A stretch of DNA of 64,000 nucleotides. Source: an uncultured Candidatus Methanogranum sp. (GTDB lineage: Archaea; Thermoplasmatota; Thermoplasmata; Methanomassiliicoccales; Methanomethylophilaceae). Position numbers and translations under genes: made by a program. Shown in pieces: positions 8,484-16,212 of the stretch. Position 1 is the first letter of the stretch; each line of letters opens with the position of its first letter. The notes under the pieces were generated by a model that was not told where the DNA came from, did not search any database, and was given only the letters and a program-made list of their open reading frames with translations. The stretch is from positions 111,562 to 175,561 of the forward strand of contig CAZUIU010000004.1 in assembly GCA_964620455.1 (NCBI GenBank), read 5' to 3'.

Positions 8484-8503
8484 CACTTTTGGTATACAGA
8501 AGG

Positions 8504-10702
8504 TCAAGACAATTCTACCACTCCGCATCTGGCATCCGATGAAGCCATCGACAGCACATCTGCATCGCATGTGAACAATATTATCTGCATCTCATCGGAT
8601 ATGTCGACCAGCGCATTGAATGCATTGCGCTTCCTATCGGAATCGAAAGTCAGGAGAACATCATCCAACAGGATGGGGAGTCTTTCCACCGATGAAATCT
8701 CCTTCGCGATCGCCAATTTTATGGAAAGGTACACTTGATCGCCCAGTCCCGTGCTCCATTCGGAATCCCTCTTCCTTCCAGCATCGGAAACCAGTGTGAC
8801 CTCGTTCTTCCTCACATCCATGTCCAGCCCATACCTGCCGCCAGTCATGCGTCTGATGAGTCCATCGGCCGTACCTATCACCTTGGGTTGGACATCGGAA
8901 TACATGGTGTTGCATGCATCCTCCACCATGGAAGATGCCAATGATAGTACCGCCCACCTCTTCACTGCATTAAACAATTCTGTACGCAGTGATGAATCTA
9001 GATCCATGAGTCTCTCCATGCCCTCATCGTCGTGTATCGCCTTCAACTGTGCGTCAATCTCCCCCATCCTCCTCTGCACGGATGCCATATCCTCACGTAC
9101 ACCAGCGGTGTCTGGAGGCTCCGATTCTGTTCCCGTATCTGGTGATCCTGAGGAAATTATACTCTCCTTCAAAGTATCTATCTCCCGGCATACGTTCTCA
9201 TAATCCAGCAACATACGTGAGAGTATCAGGAATCTCTCTTCTGAACCGAACTTTGATAAGAAGGAGTGCAATTCGTCTTTCGCACACTTCTCAGTTACCT
9301 TGGATTGATCCAGGATCTTCTTTGCCCTGTGAACAGTAGGAGCGTTCATTGCTGCATCGAACAGAAGACCCACATCAGCACCGAAGGATGTCCTCGACAT
9401 CCCACATCTCGATGCAATCAGATCCAATTCCCTGTCCATACCTGCGAGCTCCGCCGACAGTGCTTGTGACCTGACATCCAAAACATGTGAATTATTATCC
9501 GTCTGGTCATTACGATCGGGCAACAATTTTCTGCGTCCGGTCAGGAATGCTGCGAAGATCACCACCAGAGATATCGCAGCACCTACTGCAGCAATCGATA
9601 GATCTGTCAGCAATCCTGCGACAAACGATGAGGCCATCAACACCGCACCGATCAACAACATCATATTGCGGCCCCTCCTCGAATGCTCCCTGGATTCGTC
9701 CCTTGCATACACACAACGATCGGATTCTGTCGGCATAGATATTTGCAATCTGTTCAATTCATTTGAAAGCCTATTGTAACCCTGTTCCCTCTGTTTGAGC
9801 TCCAATATCTCATTGCGATATCTGATGAGCGCCTCGGGATCCAATCCGGATATGGATGACTCCACTTCAGATAACGCAGCTGTTGCATCCCTGGTAGAAT
9901 CAAAGGCAGAATTACACTTCCCTTTGAGGACTCCGTACCTGTCGATGTCATCCCTTGTCAAGGATGCTGATGCCGACATAGAGTCCCTCCTGCCTTCCAG
10001 CTCCTTCAATTTGGATAGATTCACCGATTGCGACTTGCGTATACCATAAGCCTCCAAAGCAACATTCAGACCGTCCATTTCGGAATCAAGTTCCTTCAAA
10101 CGGACTTCCAGATGCCTGCGTTCGTCACACAGATCGGAGTATTCACCATCCCTGCGGACAAGAGGATCCATCTTCGACTTGACAACATCAATCTCATTCC
10201 TTATGGACTCCATTTTCGTTGAGGATGAACGTCTGTCAGGACTCATTATCATCCTCATCTCGGAATCTATAGCTCCTATAATCTCCGGTAATGATTCACC
10301 GCCGGGAACCGTGAGGAAACGGTTCTTTATATCACCCGAAGATATCACCTTGGAATTTCTCAGATCATCAGATGACATGGCAAATACGGCCCTGTATGTC
10401 GATGGATCCACACGGGACATATCCGGAAAAGTCCCTTCTGATGATACTTTCTTTCCTTCGCGTAGAAGTATCAACTCCTGACCCGTGTCGGTGAGCAATT
10501 TCATCTCCCCCACATCAGAGGACGTGTGTTCGGGATAGTGCTTCCTCTGGGAGTCTGGGAAAAGAGTGCTCCTAATGAACTCCATCAATGAGGTCTTCCC
10601 GGCCTCGTTACCCCCATAGATCACGGTCATCGGGGATTCTGTATACAGATCAATATCCCTCAGATTGCCGAAAGACCTTATCTTGACAGAGGAAATCCTC
10701 AA
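8504..10702 (-). CDS. Rad50/SbcC-like ABC ATPase of the YhaN (SbcE) type with a central transmembrane hairpin
   Basis: The N-terminal Walker A is in 'IYGGNEAGKTSLMEFI'. The C-terminal signature-like motif is 'STGLGDQVYLSIKLA' and Walker B is 'LPILLDDVLLTFD'. Long helical arms lie between them. Two hydrophobic helices, 'MMLLIGAVLMASSFVAGLLT' and 'IAAVGAAISLVVIFAAFLTG', map to 9536-9664. There is no CxxC anywhere in the protein. Confidence 0.65.
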   Translation of the reverse strand: MRISSVKIRSFGNLRDIDLYTESPMTVIYGGNEAGKTSLMEFIRSTLFPDSQRKHYPEHTSSDVGEMKLLTDTGQELILLREGKKVSSEGTFPDMSRVDPSTYRAVFAMSSDDLRNSKVISSGDIKNRFLTVPGGESLPEIIGAIDSEMRMIMSPDRRSSSTKMESIRNEIDVVKSKMDPLVRRDGEYSDLCDERRHLEVRLKELDSEMDGLNVALEAYGIRKSQSVNLSKLKELEGRRDSMSASASLTRDDIDRYGVLKGKCNSAFDSTRDATAALSEVESSISGLDPEALIRYRNEILELKQREQGYNRLSNELNRLQISMPTESDRCVYARDESREHSRRGRNMMLLIGAVLMASSFVAGLLTDLSIAAVGAAISLVVIFAAFLTGRRKLLPDRNDQTDNNSHVLDVRSQALSAELAGMDRELDLIASRCGMSRTSFGADVGLLFDAAMNAPTVHRAKKILDQSKVTEKCAKDELHSFLSKFGSEERFLILSRMLLDYENVCREIDTLKESIISSGSPDTGTESEPPDTAGVREDMASVQRRMGEIDAQLKAIHDDEGMERLMDLDSSLRTELFNAVKRWAVLSLASSMVEDACNTMYSDVQPKVIGTADGLIRRMTGGRYGLDMDVRKNEVTLVSDAGRKRDSEWSTGLGDQVYLSIKLAIAKEISSVERLPILLDDVLLTFDSDRKRNAFNALVDISDEMQIILFTCDADVLSMASSDARCGVVELS

Positions 10703-11889
10703 TCCAATCCCCCCGTAAAACTATCGACCAGCATCGTCTCCGCATCATGAACCATTGCATGCAGTTCCTCATCACTAAGCCAATCCAACATGTACCTGAT
10801 GGACGAGGACTGCCTGGTTGAACATATCTTATCAATTAATGCACCCCTATCCAATATACTCATCGAATCCGACACACGGATTATCCTAGCTCTCATATCA
10901 TCGCCCTGCGACAGTACACTCCTGTCCAATTCTGGATAGGTGTCGAGACGAATGTCCGCCACCTTGCATCCGGTCTCTGATTCTACGCATCTCAGGAATC
11001 CATCGATATCATTACGTAATGCCGGATCCAGTGGTCCCTTTCCAAAAAGTCTGAGACTGATCACAGACCCGAATTCGGAAACAGATGCGATGTCGCCCAT
11101 CAGAGAACGCATGTCCTTGCCACGGATATCGCAGCAAATATCCTCCCACAGGACCTCCTGAGTGGGAAAGAACACTGTATCGACCACATGACTATCGGAC
11201 ACAGTCACAATGTATGCTCCCTTGGGACCGGTCTCCTTCCTGTTCCTCCCTTGTATATTGCCTGGATATATAACATAAGGGCTATCGGATATCTCCGTCC
11301 TTTTGTGTATGTGACCCAGTGCCCAGTAGTCTACATTCCTGTTATGCATGTCAGAGAGTCTGCATGGTCCATAGACCTCGTCCATGGATACGGCATCAAC
11401 GCTGCAATGTAGTACCGCTATCGAAAACATGTCCGGCCTACCGTGAATGGACTGCACAGGGTCCGCAGATGAATGCGCCGAAGGGAAGCTGATCCCCAGA
11501 ACTTCTATATCCCCGGTCTTTAACCCCAGAATGATGCTTTCAGCATCCTTTCCAAAAACATGTACATTATTCGGGTAGGGAATGCTGCTGGTCCATGACA
11601 TTACATGATCGTGATTCCCAAGACATATAAAGACAGGAATATCCAACCTGGACAGCTGCCTGGCGAACCTGTAACGTGTCGCTGGGGTTTCGCATGTCTC
11701 ATCGAACACATCCCCCGATATCACCATCAGATCGACATTCTCAGATAATGCCTTGTCAACAATCCTTGAGAACGAGACGAAAAGAGCCTCGGTCATCCTC
11801 TTACCCAACTCAGAATCCATGCCCGCTATGCCATACGGCCTGCTCCCGAGATGGAGATCGGCACAATGAATGAATTTGAAACTGACCAC
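10699..11889 (-). CDS. Mre11/SbcD-family metallophosphoesterase nuclease (YhaO/SbcF-like)
   Basis: Phosphoesterase motifs are 'CADLHLG', 'ISGDVFD', 'LGNHDH', 'VLHCS' and 'LGHIH'. It has a 4-nt ATGA-type overlap with the downstream ATPase gene. Confidence 0.75.
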   Translation of the reverse strand: MVSFKFIHCADLHLGSRPYGIAGMDSELGKRMTEALFVSFSRIVDKALSENVDLMVISGDVFDETCETPATRYRFARQLSRLDIPVFICLGNHDHVMSWTSSIPYPNNVHVFGKDAESIILGLKTGDIEVLGISFPSAHSSADPVQSIHGRPDMFSIAVLHCSVDAVSMDEVYGPCRLSDMHNRNVDYWALGHIHKRTEISDSPYVIYPGNIQGRNRKETGPKGAYIVTVSDSHVVDTVFFPTQEVLWEDICCDIRGKDMRSLMGDIASVSEFGSVISLRLFGKGPLDPALRNDIDGFLRCVESETGCKVADIRLDTYPELDRSVLSQGDDMRARIIRVSDSMSILDRGALIDKICSTRQSSSIRYMLDWLSDEELHAMVHDAETMLVDSFTGGLD

Positions 11890-12064
11890 GCCACCTAATC
11901 TTGGAATTTGGATATAAACTGTTCAAGGGGGTCATCGAAAATGACCGTATTGGAAAATTGGCGTTATCGTCCATATACTGCGTTTACATCGTACAAGAAA
12001 ACGGCACTGACCGAAAACGCTTATCACTGTTCAATCCATACACCGTTTAGCGTGGGTTTAACAC

Positions 12065-13882
12065 ATGGAGAATATAACCAACAAGGTGAGATCCGAGATA
12101 GAGTTGGGATGGATCGGCCCCAACAAAGAATGTCCGTACCATCCGAGTCACTTCACTGGTCAGGACTGCACGTTTTGCTATTGCCCATTCTACCCATGTC
12201 ATGATGACGACCTGGGGGAGAACATAATCTCCAAGCACGGAAAAGATGTATGGAGTTGCACCAACTGCTTATTCATACACAAGCCGGAAGTTGGTAAATT
12301 CGTGATGTCAGAGATAAATAGAATGAACATAACCGATCCTAAAGATCCTCGCATAAAGGATATCTTGCCAGATGCAAAGGCCAGATTCTTCCGTCAAGGC
12401 AAGGCGCTCATGGTGGTCGGTACCACATCCGATGCAGGTAAATCGATAACAGTAGCCGCCATATGCAGGATACTGCACAGAAAAGGTTTCCTCGTATGCC
12501 CCTTCAAATCCCAGAACATGAGCCTGAACTCCAAGGTAACGATGAAGGGATCCGAAATCGCGATGATACAGGTCCTGCAGTCGAAAGCCGCCGGACTAAA
12601 GAATCCCGATCATCACATGAACCCAATACTACTGAAACCCAAGGGTGAAACAAGATCACAGGTCATGGTGGAAGGGGAACCCTTCGCTGACTATGATGTG
12701 GAGGGATACTACAATGATTTCGTACCGGGGCCAGGAGTTGAGATCGTACGCAGCAACATCGAGTTCCTGAAGAAACGTTACGACTACATAGTGATGGAAG
12801 GAGCCGGATCCCCGGCTGAGATAAACATCTATGATAAGGATATAGCTAACATGCGTGCGGCCGAGATAGCAGATGCCGACTGCCTGCTCGTGGTAAATGT
12901 CGAATGGGGCGGTGCTTTCGCATACGTGGTAGGCACAATAGATCTCATACCTGAGAAGGATAGGAGAAGGATCAAGGGCGTGATCCTGAACAATGTACGC
13001 GGAGAAATGGACAGTATAAGAGAAGGTGCCAGAAAACTGGAGGGGATCATAGGCATACCTGTTATCGGGATTATCCCCCACGCCGATCTTTTCCTGCCCT
13101 CAGAGGATTCAGAAGCCTTCAGGGACAGGGATTCGGTCGGGAACGGTAAGATGATAATATCCGTTATCAAATTCCCAAGAATCGCGAACTTCACAGATCT
13201 GGATCCGTTGTTCCTCGAAGACACCACCATCAGATATATCAAGAACCCCAATGAACTCAAGGGATCGGACGCGATAGTACTACCTGGTACTAAGAACACA
13301 GTTGATGATATGATCTGGATGAATGAAACAGGCATATCCGATGCACTGAAAGGCTACAGAGGGAAGATACCTATGCTCGGAATATGCGGAGGATACCAGA
13401 TGATGGGAAAGGTCCTCAGAGACCCAAACGGACTCGAAGGCAAAGTACCTGGTGATACAGCCGGATTAGGATTCTTCAACAACATATCAGAATGGGCCGA
13501 ATACAAGAAAAAGGTCATACAGAGTGAGGGAACACTGATCAAGAATGGAGAACCGGTTGTCGGATACGAAATACACATGGGACTCTCCGAGGTCAATGAA
13601 GAACCGATGTTCAGAATACACAGACTGACCGGAGACGAGAACGAAGGTTCTGTCAGAGAAAATGAGATGCTGTTCGGAACCTATCTGCACGGATGCTTCG
13701 ATAAACCTGCCTTCAGGAAGTATTTCCTCTCTTTCGTGAGACATGAAGGTGAACCGGTCGAGATAACCGATGTGAAGGACTACGACGATGTTCTGGAGGA
13801 CAGCATAAACAAGATGGCAGACACCTTCGAATCAGGATTCGATATGGAAAAGCTAATGAACATACTGGGGGCAGACTTATGA
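12065..13882 (+). CDS. cobQ: cobyric acid synthase (CobQ/CbiP) with an N-terminal Cys-rich small domain
   Basis: The ATPase domain has 'GTTSDAGKS'. The C-terminal GATase has the nucleophile 'LGICGGYQMMG' and 'YEIHMG'. The N-terminal 112 aa carry seven Cys in 'CPYHPSHFTGQDCTFCYCPFYPCH...WSCTNC'. Confidence 0.85.
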   Translation: MENITNKVRSEIELGWIGPNKECPYHPSHFTGQDCTFCYCPFYPCHDDDLGENIISKHGKDVWSCTNCLFIHKPEVGKFVMSEINRMNITDPKDPRIKDILPDAKARFFRQGKALMVVGTTSDAGKSITVAAICRILHRKGFLVCPFKSQNMSLNSKVTMKGSEIAMIQVLQSKAAGLKNPDHHMNPILLKPKGETRSQVMVEGEPFADYDVEGYYNDFVPGPGVEIVRSNIEFLKKRYDYIVMEGAGSPAEINIYDKDIANMRAAEIADADCLLVVNVEWGGAFAYVVGTIDLIPEKDRRRIKGVILNNVRGEMDSIREGARKLEGIIGIPVIGIIPHADLFLPSEDSEAFRDRDSVGNGKMIISVIKFPRIANFTDLDPLFLEDTTIRYIKNPNELKGSDAIVLPGTKNTVDDMIWMNETGISDALKGYRGKIPMLGICGGYQMMGKVLRDPNGLEGKVPGDTAGLGFFNNISEWAEYKKKVIQSEGTLIKNGEPVVGYEIHMGLSEVNEEPMFRIHRLTGDENEGSVRENEMLFGTYLHGCFDKPAFRKYFLSFVRHEGEPVEITDVKDYDDVLEDSINKMADTFESGFDMEKLMNILGADL

Positions 13883-14712
13883 GGATACTGTTCTTGGGTA
13901 CATCATCGGGAGCGGGGAAGACTACCCTGGCAGCAATGTACTGCAGATATCTTAAGAAGAAAGGTCTGGATGTCGTACCATTCAAAGCTTCCAACCTGTC
14001 CTTGAACTCCTATGTCACGAAGAACAGCAAAGAGATAGGTATGGGGCAGGCATTTCAAGCCTGGGCCTCCGATGTGGAACCCAATGAGGACATGAACCCA
14101 GTCCTGCTCAAACCATCAGGTAATGGAACCATACAACTCATCGTCAGAGGAGAACCGCTGACCGATATAACCAAGGATAAACCGATGAACAGGGAACAGG
14201 TTATGGAGATGGTCGTGGAATCCTACGACAAACTTATCAACACACATGATGCAGTCGTCTGCGAGGGATCAGGATCCCCTGTGGAACTGAATCTCATGGA
14301 AAGGGATCTGGCCAACATCGGCATGATGAAGGCGAGGTCCATTCCTGCGGTGATCGTCGGTGACATAGAACGGGGAGGCGTGTTCGCAGCCATCTACGGA
14401 ACATGGAAACTCATACCGGCAGAACAGAAACCCCTGCTGAAAGGCTTCATAATAAACAGGTTCAGAGGAGAGGTATCCATACTCAAGAGCGGTATAGACC
14501 GTTTGGAGGAACTCACCGGCATGAAATGCCTCGGAATATTGCCGTACATGGATCTGAAATTTCCCGAAGAGGATTCAATGTCCGAAAAGGAAGGGAAGAT
14601 CAGAGGAGACGATATCAGAAAAGCCTTCATGGACAACCTCGATGAGCTGTTGGATGTGGCAGCGGAAAACGGATTGGACCTTCAATCAATCGAAGGATTT
14701 TCCGAGATATGA
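13879..14712 (+). CDS. CobQ N-terminal (CbiA/AAA-type) domain paralogue lacking the glutamine amidotransferase domain
   Basis: It has an ATGA overlap with cobQ. It aligns by eye with the CobQ ATPase half: 'GTSSGAGKTT' vs 'GTTSDAGKSI', 'MNPVLLKP' vs 'MNPILLKP', 'EGSGSPVELNL' vs 'EGAGSPAEINI'. It ends after 'PYMDLKFPEEDS', the equivalent of CobQ 'PHADLFLPSEDS', where the GATase would begin. Confidence 0.65.
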   Translation: MRILFLGTSSGAGKTTLAAMYCRYLKKKGLDVVPFKASNLSLNSYVTKNSKEIGMGQAFQAWASDVEPNEDMNPVLLKPSGNGTIQLIVRGEPLTDITKDKPMNREQVMEMVVESYDKLINTHDAVVCEGSGSPVELNLMERDLANIGMMKARSIPAVIVGDIERGGVFAAIYGTWKLIPAEQKPLLKGFIINRFRGEVSILKSGIDRLEELTGMKCLGILPYMDLKFPEEDSMSEKEGKIRGDDIRKAFMDNLDELLDVAAENGLDLQSIEGFSEI

Positions 14713-14937
14713 TCACCCACCTGATGCCACCTTTATCGCCTTGACGACCATACCGTCCTCCAAAGGTGTATCCATAGGAACCGGTACCCCGCTCTTGAGA
14801 TATATGAAGGAATCAGGATGTGCACCCTGAGACAGCATCGCAGACTCTATAGTACCGCCTGCAGCAAACTCCAGGACCTTTCCGCCAACATGTATGACCG
14901 CGACCATATGATGATGATAGGATACGTCGTATTTCAT
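14713..14937 (-). CDS. ThiS/MoaD-type ubiquitin-fold protein ending in Gly-Gly (SAMP-like)
   Basis: It is 74 aa, or 64 aa from ATG 14907. The C-terminus is '...VVKAIKVASGG' followed by the stop. Size and the terminal GG are typical of ThiS/MoaD/SAMP sulfur carriers. Confidence 0.5.
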   Translation of the reverse strand: MKYDVSYHHHMVAVIHVGGKVLEFAAGGTIESAMLSQGAHPDSFIYLKSGVPVPMDTPLEDGMVVKAIKVASGG

Positions 14938-14965
14938 CTATACCCCCATTAAATAGGTTAATCCC

Positions 14966-15589
14966 ATGTCGAAAACGATGAAAACCGTAGCCGTGTTGAT
15001 TGCGATTGTAGCGATCACGATGATCCCAATGTCTTTGATGGGATCGTCAACCGGCGATAGTACATATTGCACAGTACATTATTCCGAAACAGATGGGATA
15101 GAAGTGACATTCATGAACGGAACGACATCAGGAAGCGATAAGACGGTTATTGAGATGGGCGGAGAACTTGTTTTCACAGCCTATTCGGAAATTTACGACC
15201 TATCATTATCAGGTATAACGTTCTTCGAATACTACCCGACCACCGGAGAAACAGATACTGAAATCACATACACGTTCAGCAATTATGAGACTCCCTACCG
15301 TTCCGAATACACATCGTACTTCACAATATATGGCGTAGATGCGAATGTAGAGATGGTCTTCACCAACACCATCGATTACACAGAGGATCCGATATCCGAG
15401 GAAGATGATTCAGGAAACGAAACAACACCCGAGACCATATCCTACGACACAGAATCCAGCTATGATTTATCATTGAACATGGACATCATCATCGCATCCT
15501 TTGCATTATTGGTATCTCTCACCCTATTGTGTTTGTGTGTAAGGGAATATTTGCTGGCATCCAAAACATTGGAGGATTTAGAGAAATGA
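14966..15589 (+). CDS. hypothetical secreted or membrane-anchored protein (signal peptide plus C-terminal TM)
   Basis: The N-terminal hydrophobic signal is 'KTVAVLIAIVAITMIPMSLMG'. The body is T/E/Y-rich with N-x-T sequons. The C-terminal TM is 'IIIASFALLVSLTLLCLCV'. I recognised no family. Confidence 0.4.
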   Translation: MSKTMKTVAVLIAIVAITMIPMSLMGSSTGDSTYCTVHYSETDGIEVTFMNGTTSGSDKTVIEMGGELVFTAYSEIYDLSLSGITFFEYYPTTGETDTEITYTFSNYETPYRSEYTSYFTIYGVDANVEMVFTNTIDYTEDPISEEDDSGNETTPETISYDTESSYDLSLNMDIIIASFALLVSLTLLCLCVREYLLASKTLEDLEK

Positions 15590-16212
15590 CTGATCTTTTC
15601 TCTTTCGATGAGGATTGCAACGAAGTGTTCGTTCTTGATACAGAGACCACCGGCCTTTACGGTGCGCCAAAAGATGTGGTTGTGGACATAGGCATATGTG
15701 TCGTGGACCTCTCCAAAGGTACGGTCAGAGAAGCCTATTCCGCCGTTGTAGGACATGATGTGGGAAAATGGGATGATTACAAACGCGATGCATGGATATT
15801 CCAGAACACCGACATGACATTGGAGATGGTCGAAAAGGGCCGTCCGTTTGATAAGGTCAGAAGCGATGTCACGTCGCTCCTCAGGGGTAAACGGGTCACT
15901 GCGTACAACACAGGCTACGACTTCGGTAAATTCCTCTTCAAATCGCCATGGAACCTAAGAAGCACTTTCGATGAATATCAGGATGTCATGCTCGCAGCAA
16001 CATACGCCTGCAAACTCAAATCCATGAACTACTTCGAAGAATACAGATGGCCCAAACTGGACGTGGCGTACAAGATGATATTGAAAGGTGACGATCCTGC
16101 AGGGATCAACGGCAAACAGGATCACCGTGCACTCTCGGATGCACGTATGGCATCATACATAATGTTAGAGATGTACGACAACGGAGCCTATCCAATCGTG
16201 AAGAAGAATTAA
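15586..16212 (+). CDS. DEDDh 3'-5' exonuclease (DnaQ/epsilon-like)
   Basis: ExoI is 'FVLDTETTGL', ExoII is 'AYNTGYDFGKFL' and ExoIII is 'HRALSDARM'. I placed the start at ATG 15586, which has an ATGA overlap with the upstream stop; the track ORF begins at 15529. Confidence 0.7.
   Translation: MTDLFSFDEDCNEVFVLDTETTGLYGAPKDVVVDIGICVVDLSKGTVREAYSAVVGHDVGKWDDYKRDAWIFQNTDMTLEMVEKGRPFDKVRSDVTSLLRGKRVTAYNTGYDFGKFLFKSPWNLRSTFDEYQDVMLAATYACKLKSMNYFEEYRWPKLDVAYKMILKGDDPAGINGKQDHRALSDARMASYIMLEMYDNGAYPIVKKN

Noticed and set aside
11890-12064. Cobalamin riboswitch upstream of cobQ
   Set aside because: There is no B12-box-like sequence. The only feature is a small 6-bp hairpin ('ggtcat cgaaa atgacc'), and the region is most simply a divergent promoter spacer.
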